A stretch of DNA of 63,706 nucleotides, the filler included, from Klebsormidium nitens (Eukaryota; Plantae; Klebsormidiophyceae), in NCBI GenBank assembly GCA_000708835.1. It is 9 parts of 9 records of this genome, joined end to end, with 100 filler letters (N's around TTAATTAATTAA, not from the genome) between each part and the next. Parts side by side here need not be neighbours in the genome. Positions count along the whole stretch, not along the records: positions 36,008 to 54,288 come from DF237953.1; positions 54,389 to 57,119 come from DF237538.1; positions 57,220 to 60,163 come from DF238623.1; 6 more parts are not named here. One strand, written 5' to 3'. The notes under the pieces were generated by a model, which was not told the DNA's origin, made no database searches, and saw only the letters and a list, made by a program, of their open reading frames with translations. Shown here piece after piece: positions 45,375-59,559 of the stretch; within the stretch, counting starts at the first letter, position 1; every line of letters starts with the position of its first letter. A program made the translations under genes and the position numbers.

Positions 45375-47130
45375 CTTGCTTGCTCCTCATAAGGAGGCAG
45401 CTACCGCCAAACAACATCACCCATGTATTGCAGGGCAGGCATTCCCCGTATCTCAAGGTCGAAGAGCGGTGGCTCAATGGTTTTGAGGTCCTTCAAATCT
45501 GCGTCAATGTGTGCGAAGTCCAGTGCCCGAGCTTAATCCTGCATGAGCCAGTAGAAAGCCGTCACTTCGGGATCGTTTACCCAATACTAACAAAAATCTT
45601 GGGCAGCGTAGTGCTTATTTTTGATACATTTTGGAGGAAGGCTGGCCAAAAGGAGCAGCATTCTCAGATCAACAAAAATGGTTAAATATTTCACAACATA
45701 GCTCTCGAAGAACGGCAAATCTCGTCCTTGGCCCCACTAGCACAAGGCGCGGCCAAAGGGAGCACTCGACCGCACAACCACCAAAAGAAGGCCCTCGACT
45801 GAAGTTGGTTAAGACTTGCGACAGAAGGCCATGACGTGGCTCAACTGGAGCGCCATATCGAGTTGAACTCAACCTCTCAATGCACACGTGATTCATCAGA
45901 GTTTCGCAAAGGCGAGACGAAACACAAGACGTGCGAAAGTTCTGCACCTTTCGTTTGGTGTTGCAGATCTTGCAGTCGGTGCCAGGGCGTTTCTGAGAGG
46001 AGCTACTTGACGATGAGGCGTTTCAGGGGCACGCCCTCCTTCATCAGCTTTTGAGCAGCCGCGCGCTCTCGGTGATTGCCATTACCTGGAAGTCAGCAAG
46101 GTCATCAACGGCGTTACGGCGGCGAAACTCGTCATACAAGGCCAGGAATGACTGAGCAAAAGAAAGAGAAATTGGAGTGATTTGAAAATGATTTAAGGTC
46201 AGGGAACAAAGCCTTGATTCAAGGGTCAGGATGGGGACACTGTGAGATGCGTGCCAGAAAGCTAGGGACTTTGAGCAGAATCACAAGCCCAGAAATCATA
46301 ATCTTGGCTGATGTCGACTTATGTACGTTGAGGTGCACGCTGGCGCTGTACCACAAAGCGCTTTCTCTCAAAGCTCAGACCTTATGGGAACGAAAAAGGC
46401 TCCTTCCGCAGATGATCAACCTCATGCCTTTGGGGCCCGAAGGTTGTGGAAGTTCGATGTCCACAGAGCCCCTATCTTTGCACTAGGAATGAGATTAGTA
46501 GCAGAAACAGCTTCCGTGGAGAGAGTGCTCAAAAAAGCAACAATTTTGACGTGTGACAGATCGAAAAAATAGCCCGGGAGGGCACGGAAAACGGTCGACC
46601 CAAAAGAGCGAAGGCAGAGTTGTAAATAAACCTAGTAAGTTCAGAAATGACGTCGATACAAACAATGCGATGGCTTCGAGGATATCGACCTCAAACGCGA
46701 CGGCCTCCAACATGCCTGGCCTCCTGTCTAAAACCAAAACCTGAACTGCCTCTCGCTTTTAGAGCAATACAAAACGCAACCAGAGCGGTTTCCCTGGCCC
46801 GGCAGCAGACGCGCCAGAGTCAATCAGCCCAGGGAGGAGGTCAACGTGGAGCTGCCCCGTCCGAGTATGACACGTGGACGTGTAACAAAAGGACACGTGG
46901 CAGTCGTGGTAGGCGCTCTGATCTTGTGGGGATGGCAACAAAGACGACCTCGGTGGCTTTAGTTTTGCGGAAGATGCTCTCCGGAAAACGGTGGGCGTAG
47001 AAGAAAAGGACACATGTCAGTGGAAAGGGGCAATCTGCTCACCGTAGGGATGGCAAAACCGGTGGCTTCGGTGTCGGAGAAAGTGCCCCGCGCCTGGATC
47101 ATGCTCCTTCAGCTGCTCCACCTGCAACGT
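45375..47130 (-). pseudogene. Multi-exon pseudogene of unknown function
   Basis: Exon-like blocks with splice signals and premature stops: LRFVLL*KREAVQVLVLDRRPG (TAA 46761), LKRLIVK*LLSETPW, QDFC*YWVNDPEV...MQD*ARALDF...VVWR*LPPY. Confidence 0.5.
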
Positions 47131-50100
47131 CCAAAGATAGACTTTCGTTATCATGCGCCATAGATTCTCAAACTCAGTCTTCCCGAAAAGTTGTCTTTGA
47201 TACGCGTTCTTTCCTATTCAATCGCGAGCCGTCTTCTCCGCAGCCGAGTATTCCATTTCTGAGGGTTTATATAGGCGGACTTCAACGCAAGTTGTGGGCC
47301 CTTCGAGCTGTCGAGGTTCTCAACCTGTCAGAAACAAAGGAGCGTTCCGAGTGTTCCGTCAGCACTTCCTAGCCGGGTTTGGTCACCAGCTAACCCTACG
47401 GACTGCATGACGTCAGTCAGCTTCGCCAAGGACCTTTCCCACTAGCGTGATGACTCACGAGTCTGTAAGACTTGCTCTTCAGCTCAAACTGCTACGTTTC
47501 CGACTTCTCAATATTCACGCGAGTCGAAGAATATCTCCATCGCCTTGTTGGTGGCCAATTTAATCAAGCCAGGATTTCCTTTGAGTTTCGAACGGCTTTT
47601 AACAGCTATTCCAGGCACAGACTAACAAGAAACACCGCGCGGTCTCCGCGGAATTCTCGGTATCTTCTGGACAAAAGGAGACTGCATGCAACTGTGACTC
47701 AAAAGACACAAGAGGATTTCACTGGACAGCACGTGGTGACGTCATGCTTCCATCAGGCACTTGCTGGTCCATTTCAACTGGATGCTTGCCATGGATTTTA
47801 TTTGGTCCGGAAGAACACGGCCTTTGTCGCGGCCCGCTGCGCTCGGAAGCTTCTACGCAGCCGCGTAATCTTTCCGATTGAGGCAGCTAGGGAGACGTTG
47901 GGAAGCGTGTGTCCGGAGTAGAGACGGTGCTGAAGATAATGCGCGCGGAATTCTGCTAGTCGGGGGCGTGGCTGAACTGCAACACTTTGGGAGGCGCTAG
48001 TGGCTCGCCTCGTCGAGACCTAGTGACAGAGAGCCAAACGTCTGAAGCTTTCAGCCTACTGGGTTTAACGGATATTGTTGTCACCCGCTTCTTAACAGTT
48101 CACGGGCAAAGCAGTCGGAAGCTACGCCCAATTGCCGGCGTTGAAAATGATGCTCGCGAGCTTTTGTTTTTCGGGGGCTTGACTAGTCTACTTGCATGAA
48201 AATAGGTACCGCCCGCATCCAACTTAGAGAGAAAAGGTTCACCCCCGAACATTTCGAGGCGTCGGACTTCAGCAAGTTTTCGGGGTCGCGGTCGTACTGA
48301 GACTGAGGGGAGCGCAAGCAGGCTGAGCGGATGCCTGGTGAAGGCGTTGTCCAAAGAAAGCGCATTTACACAATCTGCAATCCTGGATAGACTTGACACC
48401 TTCCAGCTGGCTACCGCCTTGTCCCGACCTGAATGTCTCCACTTTCTCGCGTTCAGGTGTTTTGAAGGCATTGGATTCCAGTGTTTGGAGAGCGGAAAAT
48501 TCTGGAGGCCTGAACGGCCTTGACCAATCTGGCATCAGAACTGCTACGTCAAGACCTAGCAGTTGTCCTGGCCCTTGGATTCTGGACCTTTGCAGACTGG
48601 TTTTAACCAAGCAGATGCTCGAATGCATGATACACTCCACGTCCCTGCATTGGAGGACTCGGAGCCAATGGCCATCCCTATACAAACCCGACAGCAAAGC
48701 ACTTTCTGATGCAAACATTGTCGTCAATAAGCATTACGAAGCAAATACGAGCGATCTAAAGGTGTACCGAAGTCAGCGTGAAAGTGGCCAAAGCAAGCCC
48801 CGACTCTATCCAGGTGCAGATTCATTTGACACTCACTGGACAGAGCAAGCGGAAAACGCCTTTCGTTTTATCAAGATTCCTCTCGCCAGAAGCCCCGCTT
48901 GGATCCGCTTTCTCCTACAGTAAAAACCGCTCCGTAGGCTCACCCGGGGGGCGTGGTCCAGTGGTTCACCCCGCTTAAGCTTCCCGCGCTGTTTCACCCG
49001 ACCGCCGAGTCACATGCTGTCTCTCGAAGTAGGTTCCACGCCTTTGCCGCCGTTTTGACCGGCCTTTGCACGCCTGCAAAAGGATTAACCTTTATCAAAA
49101 GTGACGTCGAGGTCTCGATCATTCTCTTGTTCAACCATTCCGAGTAGAGTAGTAATCACGTGGTTGCCGCAATTTGTGAGTTGGCGTCAGTCCGGCCCCG
49201 CTCCCCATTTTTCACGCACCTTAAGGATAGGGCGTGCTTGAAACAAGTTCGTAGTTGTTCCAATCGTTGAAGTTGACACGCTGAAATAGCGCCAAAGCGG
49301 CCGAGCCCCATGCCCTTCAATCAAGTACTTCTTGTCTTACCGGCGTTCTGGACAAAGACATTGCTCCGACACTCTTCTCATATCCGTAAAAGACCGCGTG
49401 CATCAAACTTGCCGCGTCAGAACAGGTTTATAGAGCCGCTCTGGTTTCACAACGGAGATTCGGAGCAGGTGGATAGATTCGACAAGTACAGCTCGGCGTG
49501 ACTGCTCAAGACAAGTGACTCTTGCTCAATTTTGCGGCACCCCCCGTGTTTGTTAGGTGCCGGTCATCTTTCAAGAAAAGCAGAAAACAACTCACGCTGC
49601 TCAAATCAGCAGAAACTAAACGAATGGTTCGGCTTGTTTATGCAACCCTCCCTCGATCTTTAGCAGCCGAAGCTCGTGGGCTGACCTCATCTCAACCAGG
49701 CATGGCAGCCAAAAAGCGTGTCCGCTTTTAGTCAGAAGTTCACAACCTTCTTAGCCAGCGATGCTTTTCAGTATCACCACATCCTCAGAATGGAACCGAG
49801 GACCCGCGAGAAAATGCCCCCACCTGATTCAGGTCGATCTCCAATGCACATAGAGAAAGGTCGGCGCTCGGTAGCTGGACGGGCGTCTTGCCACGTACGG
49901 CCTGGAAGCAACGAGGCAAGCATGTGACGCTCAACATCAGACTTCAGCGAAGAAGCTTTATGTCACCAGGCACGAAGGGGGCCTGACAATAGTCGTTCAC
50001 TATCTGCGCTTTAGAAGCAGCGGATCCGCTGCCAAAGGAGACATTCTAGCAGAATCTCCGAACTTGAACACTAACTGCTGATCTTCGTTTTCTGGAAGAT

Positions 50101-53100
50101 CCTGAGCCGCGAACTGGTGTCACGGAGTGCACGTGAGCTCCGCCAGAGATATGTCCTTCCGTTAGCTTAAGCCGCCATAAAGCGAATCGACTTCAAAGGG
50201 ACCAAACGAGACACCCAATTTCTGCCGCTTCCTGATGAAAGGAACATAACGTCAAGGCTGTGTATCGAATGTGTCACCCTTTCCGTCTTGACCAAACTAA
50301 ATCTGTAAAGAGGACTCAAATTGTCCGATGGCTCCGCTGGGACTATCCTCTGGTCCAAGATCTGCCATCATCTACTCAGTTAAGGAGCGAGAGGCGCTTG
50401 TCACTCACTGTGGGGATTGCTGAGGGACAGTCCCTGCTCCATGGAGGCGTTCACAACCATGTTCTGGCTACCCAAGATCGATTGCCAAATTAGGCTGCTC
50501 AAGGCAACGGAGGGGTTTAAACGTTGACGATGGCAACCTTTTGTTGCCCGGGTACATGCCCTGCGGCGTACAATAGAACGGAGCGGTGTGAACAGGGTCC
50601 ACAGGGCACGATTTGCAAGTTGTCAACCGTGAACAAAGAACAACGGTCGGCTGTTGGCGAACTGACTTCCCCTCATCCAATGTAAATGACAACTTGAATG
50701 CACCCATGATCCGTGTGACAGGACTGCGGGGTATTGCCAAACCGGTTTCAGATAGAAGCGGCAAACGGTCGTTTGTCTTCGTCAATCTGTCGCGTTCTTC
50801 TTCAAAAAGAACTTGGGGTCCGGCCTGTTATAAAAGCCCAAGTCGTCAACGATGGACGGTTTTCGAAATGCGTTTCGGCCAACATGATCGCATATTCTCA
50901 AATCAAGAGCGAGATCCTTATTTCAACATGGACATACTTGTTCGAGAAAAATACTGGCCGCAAAGCGCTGAACTGACGAGGGAGCCCGCAGAAACATGAG
51001 CTCAAGTGAGCGTATGCGAACAAGAATGGAGTCCCGATGGAAAAGAGGACTTACGCATTTGCTGAAGGTATTGCCCGTTTGACGGCGAAACCCGTTCGTC
51101 GGCAAGAAGCGTCGCGGGCACTGAAGTGCAGCTGGCCGCCTGCACAGACAAAGAACACCCCTGAGAAAGGCGACCGAAACTTCTGTATAATAAGCAGAAA
51201 GGCGGATCCGGAAATCTGATCCCTTTGTAAAGAGCTGGCCTGCTTGTTCTGAGGAGAAGATTGAATCTGGATTCTGGCCGGGTCCCTTGTGCCCTTAACA
51301 CGTGCTTACCGTCACACCGTGTCACGATAACCGGAAAAAAACCTCTCGGAGAGCTGGCCGCGTTTCCAGCCACGCCCCCAGGTTGGCGAGTCGATCCCAA
51401 CCGGCCCTCGGTGTGGACGTACTTGAGTACTCGTTGCGCCATTGTTTTTGAAAAGTGGACAAGAAGATTATGGTAACTCTTATATTGGAGCTTCTGTAGA
51501 GCTACGATACTCACCAACCTCTCGTTCCGTCCGCCGATATGGAATGCGCACTGCATCACGTGCTCCCCATATGCGCTGAACTTCAACTAGAGCGAGATGC
51601 CAAAAATTTCGAAGCCCAGGCGGTAAAGTTCGCAACCGAGTCGGCTTGTGGCTTGGCTAATCTTCTCCGGAACCGCCAGCGCCCGAGTAGCCAAAGTTTC
51701 AAAACACTACCAGCATCGAGATAAACCCATGTGGTCGGGCAATTACGTGCTCATTACGTGCATCCCCCCAGACAATCCTACTATAACTCGACTCCTGCAT
51801 CACACCAGAGGATCTGAAATCGGCGTGTCCCTCACAGAGATTCCGCAAGCTTTTCAAAATTTGTCGCCAACACAAACCAGCGTACCTGCGACACGCGGCA
51901 ACGGATGACAGATACCCAAAAGCACGGTCATTTGAAGAAAGCCTGCCTTGGATCGATCCTAAGTCGTCGAAGACGGTTACTATCGACTTCCCGTCCACAA
52001 TCAGCCCGTTCGAGGCCGGTTTCGACTCGGCGGCCGCGCCGCTGCGCGGGGCGGTCCAGAGTGTCCCCCACTTGGGCGCAGGACAGACTTGTCGGATGTC
52101 TGCACCACAGGTATTTTATTTGGGCCTTGACCATGGATGTTACGGGCTGGCTATGGGCTGATCAAGAAGTGGTTAACTGTCAAACAACCAGATTGAGGCG
52201 TAACCAGCCAGGAAAAGGTTGATCCAGTTAATCCAGTTAATCGTCCAATAACCAGTGAGTCTAACCTGGCGATCAGCCTGCTAACAAAAGCCAGAGCTCC
52301 CTGTGCACATGATTAAAAAGATTGCATAGACTGGGCTAGTCTTTGCAGGGTCTCAAAGCTCTGCTTTGCAGAGGCTGCCCCCAAAAGAGAGTGCCTCTAG
52401 CCTTTTCAGGGTGCCTCTAGACTTCTTCTCGATATAAGGTCGCCTCAAACTCCGCCCAAACGAAGCCCAAAGCTGGGTCACTACAATTCTGGCTGCGCCC
52501 TGGCAGCGAAAGCCTTCATGTCATCACAAAGCTATTTCAAGATGTGCCATGACTCCCGTGCAGCTCCGGACTGCCGCCCATAACACGACGCACGTTCGCT
52601 GACATCTTCAACGGCTGCTACTCATGTCTCGTGATCCGCATGATATCTACCGATACACCAAGACTGTGCCGTACACAGAATAACCCAGCACTTGCCAGGG
52701 CGCATCCAGCTCGCTTGAGATACATATCCACCCAGTGAACTCGCAAAGCCAACAAGAGCAGCCTCGTGCTTGTATTAATCAGTGTCTAGAGAAACAGAAG
52801 ACCAGGATTGAGGAAAGCTTGCCGTGGTGTTGTTGTCGCCAGTGGAGAGGGACGGAGGGGCGCCCTTGGACTTGTTGCCTCCGACATGGCCCACATCTGA
52901 AGGGATCCAGGCAAATTGGTTAGGAAAGCGCGTAAGTAGAAAGAGCTTCTATATCCATGGCTGCTCGATTTTCGGCTTGAGCGTGAGCGTACAAACTCCA
53001 GTTGCACAGGAACTTGGATCAGGAAAGTGGGCTCACAAATGAGTCCGAACTGAAAATCATGCTTTGTAAGCTGTTTGACTTTTACGTGCGAGCAGTGTGC

Positions 53101-53439
53101 TTCCAGCTGATGACTAAGCTACAAGAATGTTAGTGGTCTAGTCTGACAGCTCCTTCAGGTAACTCAGCTCTTGTTCCCTCCTACCCCAAACCAGTCAGCA
53201 TAGCCTGCCGGAAGAAATCCCGATGACTTGGCACAGATGGACTTGAATCCCAGCTTGTTCAACCACATAGAGGCAAAATTCGTTGATTGACGCTTTACAA
53301 ATCTGAAGCGGCGCTTGCAGAAGTTGGAATACTGGTGCGTCCGTCAGAAGCCAGGAAGGTCGTTAACCCCCCAGCCACAAACCCCCAGCATAAGTTGTAG
53401 AGTCACTCTTCCAGCTGTTTCTACCTAAGAAGCACCGAC

Positions 53440-54076
53440 ATTCGAAACCATCTTTGACGCATTTGAACAACGCAGCAGTCCTTCAGAACACCCAGAGGAA
53501 TGTCACCGCAGCCAGACTTTCCGAGAATTCAGAAGCATTAAATGCACTGAAAGTCACCGGTGATTGCTGGCCTTTATCCATTGGAATTTCTTCCACCAGG
53601 AGCCCTCCAGAGCCTCTTCCCCCATTCCTGTGCAAATGCGTATGCCGATGATTCAAAACCTACCACCTTTACTGAAAGGAGTAGATGCCACTCAGACTGG
53701 GCCCCGGTAAGTTGAGCTTCAAGACTGGTTGGATATCAGGTTTAGGACGGAGGCAAAATCTGGCGCATTTGCACACAAGCATCTGGCTCACCATAGGCCC
53801 TGCGCTTTGCTGAACGTAGGAAAAGTGGAAGGGCCAATGACTTGAGCTGGGATACCTATATCCAGAGGTAAACCCGTCAATGTGATTATCATATACACGT
53901 CTACAGCATGATCTACACCAACATTTTTCATTTGGCCTCTGATCTTTGAACATATGCTGGCTGGTTAGTTTCTTAAAGTACGCACCAGCGTTAACCTGCT
54001 GTACTAATTTGAAAGCGTCTACCACACTTGCAACTCTGAAAGCACCCAACCAGGACTGTAGGCGGCGCTCCTTCAA
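53440..54076 (-). pseudogene. Decayed ORF with Cys-rich segment
   Basis: ORF 53669-54076 (KCWCRSCCRRVY) continues in frame through stops into GGLLVEEIP...FKCVKDGFECRCFL followed by a GT donor. Confidence 0.35.
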
Positions 54077-54388
54077 CGAAGCATTTTTTGGTCAACAGGA
54101 AAGCCCTCGACGATGAAGTATCACCCGTGCGGCAGCGGCCCTATTGAAGGCGCTCAAAGTTTGCTACCTGGAACCACGGAAAATGCCAGCTTCAAAATCA
54201 TCAATTGGCTGCTGTCCGACTAACACTAAAAACCCTAACCTTAAATGAAACACCCGCTCCCCACCCGTACCCACCCTAGCCACCACATNNNNNNNNNNNN
54301 NNNNNNNNNNNNNNNNNNNNNNNNNNNNNNNNTTAATTAATTAANNNNNNNNNNNNNNNNNNNNNNNNNNNNNNNNNNNNNNNNNNNN

Positions 54389-55470
54389 GCTTCTCGTTCT
54401 CCGAGTTCACTCCGGTGGATCTGGCGGCGGCGGTCCACCAGGTAACGCAGGCGACGAGCCTTTTCTGCGCGCGCTTAGGCGCGGCTCTGCGCGCGACGTT
54501 GGGTTCTGCTTACGTCATGGAGTCGGGGCGCGACAGCGGCTCCGCGCGAGTGGCCTGCGAGCGCGACGGGAAACACCTGCTGACGTCACTCGTGACCGGG
54601 GCGCTGTTCCTGGATTTCGAGAACGAGAGCTTCACGCGGGGCGGGCCGAGCTGCTTCCCTGACAGTGAGGAACGGCGGGCGGTTCTGGAACTAGAGAAGC
54701 GGCAGATCCGGGCCGGGGACATTGACGTCAGGGGCGAGACGCTAACCCCTTTCACCGAGTACTGCTGGGCGCGGCTGGAGCGTTTCGCGGAGGCGCTCGG
54801 CGCGCAGTTGCAGATGCCCCCCGAGAAAGTGCGCGAGAACATCACGCAGTCGGAGGCCCTTTCGCAGCCGTGGGTGGAGGCCGTCACGCGCGCGTGGCTG
54901 CTGCAGCGGCTCGCGCGCACTTTCTCGCCGCCCGCAGAGATCGTACGGCGCGCGCCCGGGATGCCGATCGACGCGCAGTGCGAGCGTGTGACGGAGCCCG
55001 ACGCCCCGGGGTTTGGCAACCGGGTTTACCTCGTAACCATGCCCGGGTTTAAGGTGGGCGGGGTGGCCGTCTCCAAGTGCCTGGTCTACCCCGACTTCCG
55101 CCCGGTAGAAGACGCACAGATCTCCCGAGCGGTAGAAGATGCCCCGAGCCCACAGAAAAGGGCTGCGCAGGCGTTTGACGAGACGACCGAAACAACGGCG
55201 GTAAAGACTCCGGGTGACCAAAGAGACTCTCTCGGGTTGCCGCCTACCGAGAATGCACAATGGTTGAGGAACGGTTCGAACCGGGACGTTTCGGCTGGTT
55301 CCCCGAGGCAGGGCGCTTCCCCGGGTGACGTCACCGGAATGGCGCTCGATGGACCGGACTTGGAGGGGGCTGCAGACGAGTCAACCGGGCACGGGAAGGC
55401 GGAACCGGTCAACGTATCGCCTCACATGATTCCGGATGACTTCGGCAAAGAGACTTCGGCATATCACTAG
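54389..55470 (+). CDS. GIL1/IRK-interacting-protein-like, 5' truncated by gap
   Basis: Frame open from the contig edge: EFTPVDLAAAVHQ...AWLLQRLARTFSPPAEIVR...G...VYLVTMPGFKVGGVAVSKCLVY. This matches the plant GIL1/IRKI C-terminal domain pattern (WLLH.LA.SF.P...MPGF.VG..V.KC.VY). Confidence 0.75.
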
Positions 55471-55633
55471 ATGAGGAGCTGACAAACTGAGGTCTTCGAG
55501 ACAGCTTTGGAGGTGCAAAAGTCGTTCTTAATAGTGCTTGGTAATTTTAAGTCAATCTAATAACCCAGTGCTCGAACGAGGTTCGAGACGTCTAAGGAGG
55601 AACGCGCTTGCAATCAGAGTCAAATCACGAGTC

Positions 55634-56113
55634 TCACGTGAATCGGCAAAACCGTAAAAGTCTGGCAACGGTGACAGAAAGCTGTTGGGAGACTTTGACA
55701 ATCCCGTCTCTTCGACGGACGCGATTGGCTCCGACTTTTTGAAGCACTTCTGGTGCCTCATAGAATGAAGCGTCCAACCATTGACACTGCGCCAACAGCC
55801 GTCGTGTGCAAGATTTCCCAACGCTTTGCCGTTCGATCCCCCCGTTCAAATATTCGATCCTCCTAACTAGGTCTGTGTCTATAAACACCGTCTTGTCTGA
55901 ACGAAGCGTGCGAACTCTGCCGTCGTCCCCTGCAATACCGCGTCTCTGCCTTTCATTTCCATAAAGCAAGTCTTTTGTAACTGGAACCGAACGGTAAACG
56001 CTCGAATAGCCCGACGATCGTTCTCGTGATGAAGTGCAACCAGCTTGTGAGGATTTTGTCACAAGATGAGGCCTAGTGTCAGCTCTTAGATTCATCCGTG
56101 GCTGCTTCAACAC
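55634..56113 (-). pseudogene. Unknown coding-like relic
   Basis: 159-aa ORF with protein-like core (TKDLLYGNE...VFIDTDLVRRIEYLNGG...WLDASFYEAPEVL); no clear start and no family recognised. Confidence 0.3.
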
Positions 56114-57374
56114 AACGATTGAGACGTATTATGTAGACTAGCAGCTTCGTTCAATCTCATGCCGGTGCTCTTCTGCACTCATGTAAGAGCATCAATGACG
56201 ACTGTTCCTTGTGACATGCAGGCTTTGAACCGCCTCGTGCAGCACTCAGCCGGCGGGAAATCCCGTGAGACAGGCGTACTAACGCTCAGAGTTTCAGGCT
56301 TTCAGTTATTAGAGTCTCAGGGTGTTTGAAGTGTGGACTGCTGCGGCGATTGGTCAGGCCCGGCAGGCTGGGGTGCAGGACAGATATCACAAGATGGAGC
56401 CGATTGTGCAAAAGTAGAATGTACTGTGCCATTGGATGTCTGCTTAAAGCTTCAGTGGTCTTGAAATTTGAGAATTGGTAGGAGTTGGCAACTTGATAGA
56501 GAAGTGACAGTTTTCAAACACCGGCGTAACTCATGAGTCTGTGTGAGGCAGCCGAACGTGCTAGAAGGCCGCCGCATAACGGCTACTCTATAGTCTTTCG
56601 TAGTGGGTCCGAAGTATGTCAAATTTCGCATTCGTAATTTCTGACGTAGAATGAGGACTTAAGCGAAATTTCGACTTGACTTCGTGTTACTTTTATAGAT
56701 TGAAGCCGGCTCCAATGTCTGAGTGTCTCGAACATCACATCTGGTGCATTGATATCAGAGAGCCGCAGTCGATCATTAGCAATACATCGGCAGTGCTCCT
56801 CCTCATGAGCGTCCCTTAACCTGTCACTGAAAGGCGTTTACAAAAGTGGATCCAATGCGTGCCAGCAAGAACAGATTGCTTATCCGTGGTTCTTTATATT
56901 ACAAGTGGGCAAGGCCAGAGCATGATTAATTCCATTGGTTCTGATTTGGAAAATCAAGGGAGACTGTATTTTCGAGTCATCTCGCTCTAGAATACGCGGC
57001 TGTCACGTAGTCGAAGCACTCCGGAAACTCGATCTCATCTTGCACGTCATCTTGAACTTTGATGCGACTATCACCAGAACTTCCAGCTTGAAGGGGGCCC
57101 GTAAGTGCTATGTTAGAAGNNNNNNNNNNNNNNNNNNNNNNNNNNNNNNNNNNNNNNNNNNNNTTAATTAATTAANNNNNNNNNNNNNNNNNNNNNNNNN
57201 NNNNNNNNNNNNNNNNNNNGCTCGGCCGGCCATAAGCTTAGTCTCGAAAGCTTATCGGACGGTTCCCTCGTACGCGGTGCACGTGGGTCTTATCGGACGG
57301 TCACGCGGTGAAGCAGTAACCTGGACACGTGGCGTGTAGTGATTCAATAAGTCGATAGCGTATAATAACGGACG

Positions 57375-57785
57375 ATGCGCGGCCGCGAGTTCAGCGCGCA
57401 GCCGGGAGTCGGTGCGCAGTCGTGCCGTTACATGTGCGGCTCTTCTTCGGGCCAGGCAGTTGCGCCCCTCGTCTTCGACAATTGGGAGGACATCCAAGGC
57501 AAGCCACACGGACAGTACCTCAGGCCCAGGAGCAAAACGAACGAGTCCGTGGACTCGGGGATGCAGCCGAACATCTTGATTCAGATCACAGTCAGCAAGC
57601 GGCACGATCTGAAACCTGGCGGTATGAAGAGAGCGTTAGAGTTCTTGGAGAAGAACGGGCCCGGGGCTGTCGAGCTCTATTTCGCACTTCCATCGGATGC
57701 CTTCAAGAGCTTCTCAAGGACAGAGATCAAGCCAGCTGCTGTGAACAGCGCAGTCAAGCAGTTCGCGCTGGAAGTCGGCTTCTAG
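57375..57785 (+). CDS. Crinkler/RHS-type C-terminal restriction-endonuclease-like domain, 5' truncated
   Basis: YLRP.SKTNESVDS....LIQITVSKRHDLK..GM......LYFALP...F..F...K.......QFALE, the D-(Q)xT-H-xK pattern of CR-REase effectors. Confidence 0.7.
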   Translation: MRGREFSAQPGVGAQSCRYMCGSSSGQAVAPLVFDNWEDIQGKPHGQYLRPRSKTNESVDSGMQPNILIQITVSKRHDLKPGGMKRALEFLEKNGPGAVELYFALPSDAFKSFSRTEIKPAAVNSAVKQFALEVGF

Positions 57786-59559
57786 TAGTCATACGCTGCC
57801 CTCCCGTAGTCTCAAAAAGATGATGAGAACATTGAGGTCCCTTGCGCTCTAGGTCAATGCAGGTTTTGGATTTGTCATGATCAGACACTTAAATTCAAAA
57901 GGGACTCGTGTGTAAAATTTGATACATAGTTGTACATAAACACTATATCTTACGGACGCTAAGCGGAACCACCTGGATTACAAGAATGTATAGGACATGA
58001 GCGCAAATTTGTTTGTAAGCATGTGAGGGGCTCGGCAGCAAGAGGGGGCTTTGCAAGTGCTAAGTGAGTCGATATTGTACAAACAGAATATTAAAGGACT
58101 TTGTGTCATCATAGAATCATGAGATTCGGTGCCAAAGGCCTCCAAGTAGATATACATGTAATAAAGAACTGTTTCGACCAATAAGGAGCGCATTGCCATG
58201 TTCCTAAATACGCATCCTAGTGATATGTTGACAATGTGTAGGTTGCATGCATACGTACGAACAGATTAGCCAGGAAAACGAGCGTGTTCACTGGGGCGGC
58301 TATCTAATAGGAGAGAATTTCCAAGTAAACAATGCTATGTCGTGGATGGTCACTTCTTTTATACACGCTTAGGCACCTGGGCTCATGGCGCAATTTCGGA
58401 GTTCGGGCTTCTTCAAAAAAAAGTTCTTTACTAGTTACCAAGCAGTTACTAACAACAAAGCAACATGACTAACATGACATGCTACCTCATCATGGCGTAA
58501 GTACTGGGTATCAAAATTAGTGGATCAGTACCAAGGAAAGCCTATTACTGCCCTCGGACGGCCATGTGCTGCAGCAAACCAAATGATTTCAGCAAAAAAA
58601 ATATGGCCACTCAAGGGGCGCCACGTCAGCCCCCCTCGGCAGTGCGGCCATACCCGGGTACAATAAGGGTACGCGGCCGTCGTTTCAGCGAGACAAGCTG
58701 AGCTTGATCCAGCCCCGGGTGCGACCACCGGGGGCCCCGCCCCTCGTAGTATACGAAGGTAGATAGCTGCATGGCCATTACCGAGGTCTTTCAAGTTAAC
58801 CGTACCTGTTACCAGTGTGACCAGCTCAACCCCCAGGCTCTAGTTGCTCCATCCTTGCCTCAGCTGGCGCTGTGGCACTCAATGTCATTGTGAATCATGA
58901 CAATGATATATCAGAGGCATGATTTCATCAGCCCACAGTAGCTGTCCAGTGTATTGGCAATTCACTGTGTGCCCTGTCATCTCAGTTTTCACATGATTTG
59001 CTGCATGCTTGCATTTGATTTAGATATTGAACGTCCAACATGACACAACCGTAAGTGCGGTTTCAGCAACAACATCATGCTGGCATGCTTTCGCTTTATT
59101 GTTCATAGAAGCTTCCGGTTAATGCAGCATGGATAAGGCTACGCGCGAAGTCGATATGGGGTTTCCGGTCCGCGACCGACCCGGATTTTAAATTTTTTTG
59201 GGAAAACCGACATAAAATATTCTCAGATTGCCTCTCAGGGTCTTCAATTATATGCAAAAAAAAAATTGCCCGTACGTTTTTTCATTATTCTAAGACATAT
59301 CTATATATTCCTTTGTCTTATTATAACATTCTCCAGTAGCATATGCTCGAAAGTTTCAGAAGTCAGTTCAACCAGCAGCAGAAACCACGAACCACCAAAT
59401 CTGAGCATATTACGATCGTACATAGACCCAAATATAATTGAAATATTGCCTGGGACGTCGAGCGACGGGTGAAGCCGGTGAACCTCGACACCCGAAAACT
59501 CACGTACCGTATTTGTTTTCCGATCGATCATACGGTAATCTCGGGATATTGACCACCTG

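Noticed and set aside
48100-52300. Several 100-190 aa ORFs, including one with GEHVMQC..GGR resembling a non-LTR retroelement Zn knuckle
   Set aside because: No RT or endonuclease motifs nearby; frames are stop-broken and cannot be assigned.
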